From the NCBI GenBank assembly GCA_046546255.1, contig JBKGYE010000003.1:2773-66772 (forward strand): a DNA stretch of 64,000 nucleotides, in the 5' to 3' direction. Positions 1-9,206 of the stretch are shown piece after piece. Origin of the DNA: Halorhodospira sp. GTDB taxonomy: Bacteria > Pseudomonadota > Gammaproteobacteria > Nitrococcales > Halorhodospiraceae. Each line of letters begins with the position of its first letter. The stretch's first letter is position 1. The position numbers and the translations under genes are program-made. Below the pieces are notes generated by a model. It did no database searches. It was not told the origin of the DNA and saw only the letters and a list, made by a program, of their open reading frames with translations.

Positions 1-416
1 GGTTCACCATCCACCCGTACGATGACATCCCCCGCCTGCACCCCGGCACGACTCGCCGGGGTATTGTCGATAGGGGCAACCACGCGGATCTCGTCGCCAT
101 CACGACTGAGCTCCAGCCCGATCCCGCTGAACTCGCCACGTGCACCTTCCTGCACCGCGGACAATTGCTGCTCGTCGAGGTAGGTGGAGTGGGGATCAAG
201 CTCCGAGAGCATCCCCCGGATCGCGGCGTGGAAGAGCTCCTGGTCCGACACTTCCTCGACGTAGTCCCGCTTGATCCGGCTGTAGACCTCGGCGAGCAGC
301 TCGAGCTCCGCCATCGGCAACTCCTCACTGCCTTCCTCCGGCTCCGCCTGGGCCGGTGCCAGGACAACACTCAGGGCAAGCAGGAGAGTGGCCAAGGTCA
401 GGCTCCAGGGTTGCAT
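1..416 (-). CDS. ctpA: C-terminal processing protease, S41 family (5' part; runs off window)
   Basis: Not in ORF track. Manual translation from ATG 416 (GGAG SD): MQPWSLTLATLLLALSVVLAPAQA signal peptide, then AEVYSRIKRDYVEEV..AIRGMLSELDPHSTYL..GEFSGIGLE..VVAPIDNTPASRAG (PDZ entry); directly downstream of envC. Confidence 0.9.
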   Translation of the reverse strand, partial: MQPWSLTLATLLLALSVVLAPAQAEPEEGSEELPMAELELLAEVYSRIKRDYVEEVSDQELFHAAIRGMLSELDPHSTYLDEQQLSAVQEGARGEFSGIGLELSRDGDEIRVVAPIDNTPASRAGVQAGDVIVRVDGE

Positions 417-448
417 CGCGACTCCTTTGAGATAACCGACGGTCGGGC

Positions 449-1600
449 TCAGCGCAGCCACTCCGTGGGGTTTTGGGGCTCGTCGCCCTTGCGGATCTCG
501 AAATAGAGGCCGGGATCGCCGCGGTGGCCGCTGCTACCCACTGTGGCGACCCTCTGCCCGGCATCGACCCACTCCCCGACATCTACATAGAGCGCGTCAT
601 TGTGGCCGTACAGGGTCAGATAGCCATCACCGTGATCAATAATGGCCAGCAGACCGAGTCCGCGCAACCAATCACTAAAGACGACCCGGCCAGCGGCCAC
701 AGCGCTGACCTCGTCACCGGCCTCCGCCGCTACGATGATACCCGTATGCTTGAGCCCGCCGCCGCGGGAAGCGCCGAAAGGCTCTACGACCTCCCCGCTC
801 ACAGGCCAGGGCAGCTCTCCCCGGGCCTCGGCGAAGACCTGGTCGGCCGCCGCATCATCGGGGACATCGGCAAGCCGCTCACGCAGATCCTCGAGCAGTT
901 CCTCCTGCTCGGCGAACTCGGCCTCAAGATCTCGGCGCTCGGTACCGCGCTCGGCGATCCGCGCCTCCAGCGCCTCCCGTTGAGCATCGCGCTCAGCGCG
1001 ACGCTGCTCCAGGGCTTGGCGCTCCGCCCGAACCTCGTCCTCGAGACGCTCCAGCTCGACGATCTCGGCATTGAGCTCGCTGCGCATCTGCCGCAACGAC
1101 GCCAACTCAGCCAGTGCGCGCTCGATACGCCTGCCCCGGGCTTGATTGAGGTAGTCATGGTAGACGAGCAGGCGCTGCGCTGTAGCTGGATCCTCCTGAT
1201 TGAGCAGGAGCCGCAGCGCCCCTTCCCCAGCACTCGTGTAGGCGGCAACGATCTGCTCGGCGAGGGTCTGCCGATGCTGGGAGAGCCGCTCGGCCTCGGC
1301 CTCATACTCCGCCTGCAGCCGTGCGACCCGTTCACGGGCGGCATCCCGCTGTTCGCGAAGCCGAGCGAGCTCCCGAGCGGCCTCACTGGCCTTGCGCTCG
1401 AACCGAGCGAGCTCGGCCTCTACCTCGTCCCGCTGAGCTCGATCAGCCGCTAGCTGCTCCTCAAGCCTCTCCAGCTCGGTTTCGAGCGCTTCCAGCTCTT
1501 CCTGCTCCTGCTTGTAGTCCTCTGCCCCTACGCTGAAGACCACGACACCGAGCAGGGTAACTGCACCGTGCCGAAACCACTTTCGCTGGCCTGCGCCCAT
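449..1600 (-). CDS. envC: Murein hydrolase activator EnvC (coiled coil plus degenerate M23/LytM domain)
   Basis: Signal-like N-terminus, long coiled coil, C-terminal LPWPVSG..G.VVFSDWLRGLG..IIDHGDGYLTLYGHN..LYFEIR. Start trimmed to MGAGQ (uncertain). Confidence 0.88.
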   Translation of the reverse strand: MGAGQRKWFRHGAVTLLGVVVFSVGAEDYKQEQEELEALETELERLEEQLAADRAQRDEVEAELARFERKASEAARELARLREQRDAARERVARLQAEYEAEAERLSQHRQTLAEQIVAAYTSAGEGALRLLLNQEDPATAQRLLVYHDYLNQARGRRIERALAELASLRQMRSELNAEIVELERLEDEVRAERQALEQRRAERDAQREALEARIAERGTERRDLEAEFAEQEELLEDLRERLADVPDDAAADQVFAEARGELPWPVSGEVVEPFGASRGGGLKHTGIIVAAEAGDEVSAVAAGRVVFSDWLRGLGLLAIIDHGDGYLTLYGHNDALYVDVGEWVDAGQRVATVGSSGHRGDPGLYFEIRKGDEPQNPTEWLR

Positions 1601-1731
1601 GCGGCCCCCCCTATCACCCCTTCTGCTTCGCATCATGGTAGCGCGACCACTGCCGAGCAGGCCTGCAGCCAGCCAAGACGGCTGGTATCATCGCGTGATC
1701 GGATCACGGTGATAGGGGCACGGTAGCGTCC

Positions 1732-2172
1732 ATGCAGGAATTCCTTGAGTTCATCCAGAATCATTGGGGCCTTGTACTCGCCTTTGTGCTGGTCCTCGGC
1801 TGGTGGGTCGGCGGCGAGCTCTTCCATTGGTACAGCGGGGTCAAGCCCGTTGACGGGGACGCTGCTACGCGGCTCTATAATCGCGAGTCCGCGCGCTTTA
1901 TCGATATGCGCCCACGCAAGGAGTACGACAGCGGACACCTACCCGGTGCGTTCAGCCTGCCCGAGGCGGAATTCGATCAGCTCATCGATAAGCTGCGCAA
2001 GGAGGCCACGGACGATCCACCGCTGATCGTCTACGATGAGCACGGACCGCAGGCGGCTCGTCTCGGGCGTAAGCTGCGCAAGGCGGGTTTCTCCCGGGTC
2101 TACCGGCTCAAGCATGGGCTGCGTACCTGGCAGGGCGGCGGCTACCCGATGGAGCAAGGCAAGAAGGGGTGA
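1732..2172 (+). CDS. yibN: Membrane-anchored rhodanese-like protein (YibN family)
   Basis: MQEFLEFIQNHW plus one TM helix, IDMR..EYDSGHLPGA, L..G...W..GGYP. Catalytic Cys position is Asp (IVYDEHG). Lies upstream of secB. Confidence 0.82.
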   Translation: MQEFLEFIQNHWGLVLAFVLVLGWWVGGELFHWYSGVKPVDGDAATRLYNRESARFIDMRPRKEYDSGHLPGAFSLPEAEFDQLIDKLRKEATDDPPLIVYDEHGPQAARLGRKLRKAGFSRVYRLKHGLRTWQGGGYPMEQGKKG

Positions 2173-2178
2173 GGGAAC

Positions 2179-2706
2179 ATGGCAGAGGACAACGGTAACG
2201 GCAGCGTCGGTACGGCTGGCGAGGAGGGCATGCAGCAGCGCTTCCAGATCGCCAAGATGTACCTGCGGGATGTCTCCTTCGAGGCACCTAACGCGCCTAC
2301 GACCTTCCGCGATGCATGGAAGCCGCAGATGGATGTCGAGCTCGGTACGCAGCACCAAGCCCTCGACGCGAGCACCTACGATGTCGTGCTCACGGTCACC
2401 GTCACGGCCCGCAACCATGAGCAGACCGCCTACCTGTGCGAGGTCAAGCAGGGCGGGGTCTTCCGCATCGAGGGCTTCCCCGAGGCGGAGATGGAGCGGG
2501 TGCTCGGCGCCTACTGCCCGGCTCAGCTCTTTCCCTTCGCCCGCGAGGCCCTCAATGACTTGGTCGTCAAGGGCGGTTTCCCGCAGCTGCTGCTCGCACC
2601 TGTCAATTTCGAGTCGCTCTATCAGCAGCAGAAACAGCGGCGCGAGCAAGGCGCCGACACCAGCGGGGCCGGTAACGGTACAGCCAGCGCCGGAGGGACA
2701 CAGTAG
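2179..2706 (+). CDS. secB: Protein export chaperone SecB
   Basis: FQIAKMYLRDVSFEAPNAP..AYLCEVKQGGVF..CPAQLFPFARE..GGFPQLLLAPVNFESLY. Confidence 0.97.
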   Translation: MAEDNGNGSVGTAGEEGMQQRFQIAKMYLRDVSFEAPNAPTTFRDAWKPQMDVELGTQHQALDASTYDVVLTVTVTARNHEQTAYLCEVKQGGVFRIEGFPEAEMERVLGAYCPAQLFPFAREALNDLVVKGGFPQLLLAPVNFESLYQQQKQRREQGADTSGAGNGTASAGGTQ

Positions 2707-2710
2707 CGCC

Positions 2711-3706
2711 ATGGCCCGGATCGCGGTACTCGGTGCCGGGGCTTGGGGTACGGCCCTGGCTCGTGTGCTGGCCGTCAATGGCCATGAGATCCGGCTTTGG
2801 AGCCGAGACTCGACACACGCCGCAGCGATCAACGAGGCGAGGGAGAACCAACGGCATCTGCCGGGCTGCTCCTTGCCGCAATCCCTGACTGCCACGGCGG
2901 ATCTCGCCACCGCCCTTGAGGGCTGCGATTGGATCCTGATCGCAGTACCGAGCAGCGCCTTCCGCAGCCTGATCGAGCAGCTCGCCACCTACCAGCCAGC
3001 GAAGGTTGTCTGGGCCACCAAGGGGCTGGAGTCAGAATCGGGCGGATTCCTCCACGATGTAGTGACCGCGACGATCAAGCCGATACCGGCGATGGCGGTC
3101 ATCTCTGGACCGAGCTTCGCCGCCGAGGTCGGGCGTGACCTCCCTACGGCCATCACCGTCGCTGCCTCGGAGCCAGCGCTGGCCGCCGAGGTGGTGGACG
3201 CCTTCCACAACGAACGTTTCCGACCCTACTCGGCTACGGACATGCTCGGCGTTGAGCTCGGCGGGGCGGTCAAGAACGTCCTCGCCGTGGCGACCGGGGT
3301 TAGCGATGGTCTCGGGCTCGGCGCCAATGCCCGCGCAGCGCTGATTACCCGCGGGCTAGCGGAGATCTCCCGGCTCGGGACCGCCCTGGGAGCGGAGCCA
3401 CAGACCCTGATTGGTCTCGCCGGGATGGGCGACCTGCTGCTGACCTGCACCGACGATCAGTCCCGCAACCGGCGATTCGGCTTTGCCCTCGGCCAGGGCG
3501 CGAGCCCGGAGGCCGCGCTCAACGCAGTGGGCAGCACCGTGGAGGGGGTCCGCACCGCCGCAGAGCTCCATCAGCTAGCCGCTCGGCACGGGGTGGAGAT
3601 GCCGATCTGTGAAACCGTCCATCAGGTGCTTGCGGGTGAGCTCCCCCTTGAGCAAGCCGTTCCCGCCCTCATGGAGCGCTCGCCCAAGGCCGAGTTCGGT
3701 GACTGA
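2711..3706 (+). CDS. gpsA: NAD(P)H-dependent glycerol-3-phosphate dehydrogenase
   Basis: True start MARIAVLGAGAWGTALA at 2711; ATKGLE, SGPSFA, GGAVKNV, GDLLLTCTDDQSRNRRFG motifs. Confidence 0.96.
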   Translation: MARIAVLGAGAWGTALARVLAVNGHEIRLWSRDSTHAAAINEARENQRHLPGCSLPQSLTATADLATALEGCDWILIAVPSSAFRSLIEQLATYQPAKVVWATKGLESESGGFLHDVVTATIKPIPAMAVISGPSFAAEVGRDLPTAITVAASEPALAAEVVDAFHNERFRPYSATDMLGVELGGAVKNVLAVATGVSDGLGLGANARAALITRGLAEISRLGTALGAEPQTLIGLAGMGDLLLTCTDDQSRNRRFGFALGQGASPEAALNAVGSTVEGVRTAAELHQLAARHGVEMPICETVHQVLAGELPLEQAVPALMERSPKAEFGD

Positions 3707-3721
3707 GCTGGCGATTGCCGC

Positions 3722-5131
3722 TTAGGGCTCCATCCCCAGCTCCTTGATCTTCCGGGTTAGGGTGTTCCGGCCCCAGCCGAGCAGGCGTGCCGCCTCCTGT
3801 CGATGGCCGCCGCTGTGGGCCAGCGCAGCCCGGATTAGGGTCCGCTCAAAGGCGGGCAAGGCATCATCGAGCAGGCCTACCCGCCCTGCCGCCAGGGCCT
3901 GATCAGCCCACTGGGCCAAGATACCCTCCCAATCACCGCCACTGCGCGGGACGGCCTCGTTGCTCGTCTCCGCGCGCAGCTCTGGCGGCAAATCCTCGGG
4001 GACGACCTCCTGGCCGCTCGCCATCACCGTTAACCAGCGGCAGGTATTCTCCAGCTGACGGACGTTACCCGGCCACTCGAGTGCCATCAGGCGCTGCTCC
4101 ACCTCTGGATGCAGCACCTTCGGCTCGACATTGAGCTCCCGGGCAGCAGCGGCCAGGAAACGCCGGGCGAGGGCGGGGATATCCTCGCGACGCTCACGCA
4201 AAGGCGGCAGCCGGATACGGATGACGTTCAAGCGGTGGTAGAGATCCTCACGGAACCCCTTTTCCCGAACCCGTTCTTCCAAGTCCTGGTGGGTAGCGGC
4301 GATGATGCGTACGTTCACCCGCATCGCCGTATGAGCCCCGACACGATAGAACTCCCCATCAGCGAGCACGCGCAGCAGGCGCGTCTGCAGGTCCGCCGGC
4401 ATATCGCCGATCTCATCGAGGAACAGGGTACCGCCATCGGCCTGCTCAAAGCGCCCATGACGGGTCTGCTGCGCCCCGGTGAAGGCTCCCTTCTCGTGTC
4501 CGAAGAGTTCGGATTCCATCAGGTCATGGGGAATAGCTGCCATGTTCAGGGCCACGAAGGGCCCATCAGCGCGAGGGCTATGCCGGTGTAGGGCCCGAGC
4601 GACCAGCTCCTTACCGCTACCCGACTCCCCAGTGAGCAGCACCGTCACACTCGAGCGTGAGAGCCGGCCGATGGCACGGAAGACCTCCTGCATCGCCGGT
4701 GCTTCGCCGAGCAATTCCGCCGAGCCTTCTCCTTCGGCTGGCGTGCCGCTGCTGCGGTAGCGACTGGCCACGGCGCGGCCGGTGAGATCCACGGCCTCAT
4801 CCACGTCGAAAGGCTTGGGCAGGTACTCGAAGGCCCCGCCTTCGTAGGAGGCCACCGCAGCGTCGAGATCGGAATAGGCGGTGATCACGATCACGGGCAT
4901 CTCAGGGGCGTGCTCCTGGACGCGGGCGAGCAGCGCCAGTCCGTCGGTACCTGGCATGCGGATATCGGTGATCAGCGTATCTGGCTGCCGATCCGTCAGC
5001 GCAGCCAGGGCCGCATCACCGCTGTCGAAGGCCTCAACCCGGTGTCCTGCCCGCTGCAACGCCTTCTCCAGCACCCAGCGGATCGAACGATCGTCGTCAA
5101 CCACCCATACCAGGGATTCGGCGTCACTCAT
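3722..5131 (-). CDS. glnG: Nitrogen regulation response regulator NtrC (sigma54 activator)
   Basis: Receiver (VVDDD, TDIRMPG), AAA+ [23 protein letters not shown], Fis-type [14 protein letters not shown]. Start MSDAES overlaps the ntrB stop. Confidence 0.97.
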   Translation of the reverse strand: MSDAESLVWVVDDDRSIRWVLEKALQRAGHRVEAFDSGDAALAALTDRQPDTLITDIRMPGTDGLALLARVQEHAPEMPVIVITAYSDLDAAVASYEGGAFEYLPKPFDVDEAVDLTGRAVASRYRSSGTPAEGEGSAELLGEAPAMQEVFRAIGRLSRSSVTVLLTGESGSGKELVARALHRHSPRADGPFVALNMAAIPHDLMESELFGHEKGAFTGAQQTRHGRFEQADGGTLFLDEIGDMPADLQTRLLRVLADGEFYRVGAHTAMRVNVRIIAATHQDLEERVREKGFREDLYHRLNVIRIRLPPLRERREDIPALARRFLAAAARELNVEPKVLHPEVEQRLMALEWPGNVRQLENTCRWLTVMASGQEVVPEDLPPELRAETSNEAVPRSGGDWEGILAQWADQALAAGRVGLLDDALPAFERTLIRAALAHSGGHRQEAARLLGWGRNTLTRKIKELGMEP

Positions 5132-6197
5132 GGTCCGTCTCCATGGGTAACCAGATGGTGAAGACCGTCCGGCCAGGCTCGCTGAGGCACTCGATAAGCC
5201 CGCCGATGCGGCTGACCAGGCTCTGCGCAATGGGCAACCCTAGACCGGTCCCCTCAGCACGGGAGGTCACCATCGGATAGAAGATTTGCTCCTGCTGCTC
5301 GGGGGGGATCCCTGGACCATCATCGATGACGTCGATCCGTGCCACGAGCCGGTGCGGCCGATTAGCGATGGTGAACTGGCGCTGGGTCCGGGTTCGCAAG
5401 GTGATATGCCCGCCGGGGGCGACCGCCTGTCGGGCATTACGCACCAGGTTGAGCACGGCCTGGACCAGGTGATTATGCTCAGCAAGCACGGCCGGGATGC
5501 TCGGATCGTAGTCGCGATGGATGTAAACAGGGTCACTGCTCCCAACGCCCTCGGCATCCTCTGCCACCACCAGGGCACGGACCCGTTCAAGGACCTCGTG
5601 GATATTGACCCATTCCTGCCGGGCAGGGGCATTCGGCCCGAGCAGGGCATCCACCAGCTGCTGTAGCCGATCCGCCTCACGGATGATGACCTGGGTATAC
5701 TCTCGGTGCTCGCTGTGCGGGAGCTCCATCTCGAGCAGCTGCGCCGCCCCGCGCAGCCCCCCGAGCGGATTCTTGATCTCGTGCGCCAGGCCCCGGATCA
5801 GCTCCTGGACGGCGCGATTCTGGGAGAGCAGGTGCTGCTCGCGGGTGATACGGGCGTGGCGGTCGACCTCGGCGATCTCGATCAGGACGCGGTCCGCAGC
5901 GAGAGGAGTGATTGTGCAGTCGACCGTGACTGGCTGCTCGTCGCGTACCGGCAAGCGCCGTTCGCGCTGGGTATAGGCACCGCCGGTGCTCAGCGTGGCG
6001 CTGATCAGCTCGTGCAGCAGCTCAGCACCGCGGATGACCTGGGTCAAGGGCTGGTGGAGGACCTGACGACTACTGACCCGGAAGAGGGTCTCGGCGGCGT
6101 GGTTGACGTGCAGCACGCGGATACGGTCATCGACGAGCAGCACCGCCGTGGTCAGCTCGTCCAGGATCTGGGCTTGTGGGTCCTCGCGCTCGCTCAT
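5124..6197 (-). CDS. glnL: Nitrogen regulation sensor kinase NtrB
   Basis: PAS domain, H-box RGLAHEIKNPLGGLRGAAQLL, N-box NLVRNA, DDGPG, GTGLGL. Start MSEREDP at 6197. Confidence 0.96.
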   Translation of the reverse strand: MSEREDPQAQILDELTTAVLLVDDRIRVLHVNHAAETLFRVSSRQVLHQPLTQVIRGAELLHELISATLSTGGAYTQRERRLPVRDEQPVTVDCTITPLAADRVLIEIAEVDRHARITREQHLLSQNRAVQELIRGLAHEIKNPLGGLRGAAQLLEMELPHSEHREYTQVIIREADRLQQLVDALLGPNAPARQEWVNIHEVLERVRALVVAEDAEGVGSSDPVYIHRDYDPSIPAVLAEHNHLVQAVLNLVRNARQAVAPGGHITLRTRTQRQFTIANRPHRLVARIDVIDDGPGIPPEQQEQIFYPMVTSRAEGTGLGLPIAQSLVSRIGGLIECLSEPGRTVFTIWLPMETDHE

Positions 6198-6208
6198 ACT
6201 GATCCCTC

Positions 6209-6225
6209 TGCAAGGCGCGGGCCAA
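6209..6225 (-). promoter_or_regulatory. Putative sigma54 -24/-12 promoter for ntrBC
   Basis: Minus strand TTGGCCCGCGCCTTGCA (GG-N10-GC, TTGC at -12); paired NtrC boxes at about -98 and -130. Confidence 0.72.
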
Positions 6226-6287
6226 TACCGCTCACGCCCCGTGAGACGGCCCCTCCATCCTCGTTGCATGCACATGCTAGCGATACC

Positions 6288-6336
6288 TGCACAAAAAAGG
6301 GGCGGCAGCCCACCGGCTCCGCCCCCGATTCGTGCA
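6288..6336. promoter_or_regulatory. Two NtrC-binding boxes, 32 bp apart
   Basis: TGCACAAAAAAGGGGCG (6288-6304) and CGCCCCCGATTCGTGCA (6320-6336), compared with consensus TGCACCA-N3-TGGTGCA. Confidence 0.68.
6293..6325 (-). terminator. Intrinsic terminator after glnA
   Basis: Minus strand GGGGCGGAGCC-GGTG-GGCTGCCGCCCC-TTTTTT. Confidence 0.8.
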
Positions 6337-6353
6337 TATGATCGCCCGGCAGC

Positions 6354-7769
6354 TTAGACGCTGTAGTAGAGGTCGAACTCCACCGGGTGGGTGGTCATGC
6401 GCAGGCGCGTGACCTCCTCCATCTTCAGCTCGATATAGGCATCGATGAGATCGTCCGAGAAGACCCCGCCCTGCTTGAGGAACTCGCGGTCCTGATCCAG
6501 GGCCTCGAGCGCCTGGTCGAGCTGGAAGGCAACCTTCGGGATCTCCTTCTCCTCCTCCGACGGCAGATCGTAGAGATCCTTGTCCATGGCATCGCCGGGG
6601 TGGATCTTGTTGCGGATCCCGTCGATGCCCGCCATCAGCATGGCAGCGAAGGTGAGATAGGGATTGCCGGTCGGGTCCGGGAACCGGACCTCGATCCGAC
6701 GCGCCTTGGGGTGGGAGACGTAGGGCACGCGCACCGAAGCGGAGCGGTTACGTGCCGAGTAGGCGAGCAACACTGGCGCCTCGAAGCCCGGGACGAGGCG
6801 CTTATAGCTGTTGGTCGAGGCGTTAGCGAAGGCATTGATCGCCTTGGCGTGCCGGATGATGCCACCGATGTAGTAGAGCGCCTCCTCGGAGAGCCCGCCG
6901 TATTGATCACCGGCAAAGATGTTTTTTCCCCCCTTGGAGACCGACTGGTGGACGTGCATGCCACTACCGTTGTCGCCGACCAGCGGCTTGGGCATGAAGG
7001 TCGCGGTCTTGCCGTAGGCGTGGGCGACGTTGTGGACGCAGTACTTGAGGGTCTGCAGCTCGTCAGCCTTCTTGAGCAGGGTGCGTGCGGCGACGCCGAT
7101 CTCGCACTGGCCGGCGGTGGCCACCTCATGGTGGTGGACCTCCGGCTCCAGACCCATCTCCTCCATCGCCTGGCACATGGCGCTGCGGATGTCGTGCAGC
7201 GAGTCCACCGGCGGGACGGGGAAATAACCACCCTTCACGCCGGGACGGTGACCGATGTTGCCATCCTTGTAGACCCGCTCGGAGTTCCAGCCGGCCTCTT
7301 CGGAGTCGATCTGGTAGAAGGAGCCGCTCATGTCCGCGCCCCAGCGGACATCGTCGAAGACGAAGAACTCGGGCTCGGGACCGAACAGGGCGGTGTCGCC
7401 GATACCAGTAGCAGCTAGATAGGCCTCAGCACGGCGCGCTAGCGAGCGCGGATCGCGATCGTAGCCCTGCAGTGTGCTCGGCTCGAGGATATCGCAGACC
7501 AGCTTCAGGGTCGGCTCGTCATAGAAAGGATCCAGGGTGGCGGTATCAGGGTCGGGGAGCATAATCATGTCCGACTCCTGGATCCCCTTCCAGCCCTGGA
7601 TCGAGGAGCCGTCGAACATCGATCCATGCTCGAAGAGATCCTCATCGACCTGGGCGGCGGGCAAGGTCACGTGCATCTCCTTGCCGCGGGTATCCGTAAA
7701 GCGAAGATCCACAAACTTGATGCCTTCGTCCTCAATAAGCTTGAGGACCTCTTCTCCGGTGCGCGCCAT
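6354..7769 (-). CDS. glnA: Glutamine synthetase type I
   Basis: [46 protein letters not shown], adenylylation motif MDKDLYDLP. Start MARTGEE at 7769. Confidence 0.98.
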   Translation of the reverse strand: MARTGEEVLKLIEDEGIKFVDLRFTDTRGKEMHVTLPAAQVDEDLFEHGSMFDGSSIQGWKGIQESDMIMLPDPDTATLDPFYDEPTLKLVCDILEPSTLQGYDRDPRSLARRAEAYLAATGIGDTALFGPEPEFFVFDDVRWGADMSGSFYQIDSEEAGWNSERVYKDGNIGHRPGVKGGYFPVPPVDSLHDIRSAMCQAMEEMGLEPEVHHHEVATAGQCEIGVAARTLLKKADELQTLKYCVHNVAHAYGKTATFMPKPLVGDNGSGMHVHQSVSKGGKNIFAGDQYGGLSEEALYYIGGIIRHAKAINAFANASTNSYKRLVPGFEAPVLLAYSARNRSASVRVPYVSHPKARRIEVRFPDPTGNPYLTFAAMLMAGIDGIRNKIHPGDAMDKDLYDLPSEEEKEIPKVAFQLDQALEALDQDREFLKQGGVFSDDLIDAYIELKMEEVTRLRMTTHPVEFDLYYSV

Positions 7770-7806
7770 AAGCTTATCTGCCTCTGCTTGGGTTTCGGGT
7801 GTGGCC

Positions 7807-7854
7807 CGCTCCACTTCGGTGCAGCGCCTCACTGCTATGCTTTATTGTGGGGCA
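7807..7854. promoter_or_regulatory. Two NtrC-like boxes just upstream of glnA
   Basis: CGCTCCACTTCGGTGCA (7807-7823) and TGCTTTATTGTGGGGCA (7838-7854), 31 bp apart. Confidence 0.5.
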
Positions 7855-7915
7855 TTTCGGACTCAAGCGCATCCAGCCCGTCACCATCCGCACGTGCGGT
7901 GGCCCCAACGGCGAG

Positions 7916-8155
7916 TCAGTCACCGCCAACGCGGATACGGATACGGTGCTCACCACCTCTTTCCGTCTCGTCGATAGCGAGTACCTCGTGGCCATGGACC
8001 CGGCACCAGGCCGGGATATCTTCTAAAGCGCCGGGATCCGTGACGGCCACCTCCAGCTCGTCGCCGGCCGCTAGGCCGGCCATCCGTGCCTGGGTACGGA
8101 TGACGGGCATAGGGCACATCAGGTGACGGCAGTCGAGCACCTCAGCCCTGGTCAT
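7916..8155 (-). CDS. tusA: TusA/SirA-family sulfur carrier protein
   Basis: 79 aa: VLDCRHLMCPMPVIR..GDELEVAVTDPGALEDIPAWCR; CPxP signature. Confidence 0.88.
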   Translation of the reverse strand: MTRAEVLDCRHLMCPMPVIRTQARMAGLAAGDELEVAVTDPGALEDIPAWCRVHGHEVLAIDETERGGEHRIRIRVGGD

Positions 8156-9206
8156 GCTCACCCCCGATATACCACTCGGCGGGCACCGCATACGGCGCCA
8201 TCGGCGGGACCCTCAGTGAGCGCACATGGCCCTCGGTATCTTCCAGCTCCAGCTCCACGTGCTCGGCATTGCGACCGGCCGAGTAGCGGGCCACCAAGCG
8301 TGCCGCGAGCTCCAGGTCAGGCTCAGACCACGTACCGTCGAGCAGGGCCACGGGACCGCTGTGGCTAACAGTGCGCAGGTGGGGATAGCGACGCCGGTAC
8401 CCTTGCAGGAAATGGGTCTCGCCGGCCTCGCGGGCGATGATCAGCTTCAGATGTGGTAGCGGGCGCAGGTGGCGTCCCACTTTCAAGAGCATGATGTCAT
8501 CCATGTCGTAGTTCTTGGCGCCACGCGCCTGCCACAGATCAGCAAGCTTGGCGGCGTAGTGAGCATCGGTCAGGAAGCAACAGCCACCGGCCGGCTGCGC
8601 CCAGGTCTCCAAGCCTAGCTCGCGGGCGAGGCGCATCTGCGGCTTGCGCGTACGGCCGTGGAACCCCTTCAGGCGGTCGCGGTCGACCCACCCTTCGCGC
8701 TCCGGCAGCGTCGGCTCAAGATACTGCGCCGAGAGCGGTCGCAGCAGACGATCACCGGCGCCAGTGTCACGCTCGATGACCGGTAGATGCTTGCGGGTCT
8801 GCGACTTAGGTCGCTGGCCGATCACCTCGCCGGTGACAATGAAGTCGAAGCCATGGGCCTCCATCCATTCACGGGCCTTGCGCACCATAAAGACCTTGCA
8901 GTCCAGGCAAGGGTTGAGGTTGGCGCCGTAGCCGTAGCGGGGGTTGGTAAGGACCGTCTTGTAGGCCTCAATCACGTCAACGATATGCAGGCGAATACCG
9001 AGCCGCTCGGCCACCCAAAGGGCGTTGTTGCGTTTGGGCTGCTGTTGCTTATCTTGGCGGATGGCGTGGGTATGCCCCTCCACACAGAAACCGGTATAGA
9101 AGTTGACACCCTCGACATGCACGCCCTGTTCCTGCACAAGGCGGGCTGCGAGCATGGAGTCGAGTCCACCGGAGATCAGCGCCACGGCCTTGGGTTGATC
9201 GGACAT
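8142..9206 (-). CDS. PP-loop ATP pyrophosphatase, tRNA thiouridylase-like (ThiI/MnmA-related, no THUMP domain)
   Basis: N-terminal ALISGGLDS PP-loop, NPCLDCK, FDFIVTGEVIGQRPKSQ, LLRPLSA, PAGGCCFLTD; C-terminal GRHLR domain. Confidence 0.75.
   Translation of the reverse strand: MSDQPKAVALISGGLDSMLAARLVQEQGVHVEGVNFYTGFCVEGHTHAIRQDKQQQPKRNNALWVAERLGIRLHIVDVIEAYKTVLTNPRYGYGANLNPCLDCKVFMVRKAREWMEAHGFDFIVTGEVIGQRPKSQTRKHLPVIERDTGAGDRLLRPLSAQYLEPTLPEREGWVDRDRLKGFHGRTRKPQMRLARELGLETWAQPAGGCCFLTDAHYAAKLADLWQARGAKNYDMDDIMLLKVGRHLRPLPHLKLIIAREAGETHFLQGYRRRYPHLRTVSHSGPVALLDGTWSEPDLELAARLVARYSAGRNAEHVELELEDTEGHVRSLRVPPMAPYAVPAEWYIGGEHDQG

Noticed and set aside
2036-2710. Apparent N-terminal extension of gpsA (556-aa ORF); similar extensions on mnmE (22440), glmS (37906), speA (58651) and glyQ (9329)
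   Set aside because: These are open off-frame stretches in high-GC DNA; family homology and SD or coupling signals begin at the trimmed starts.
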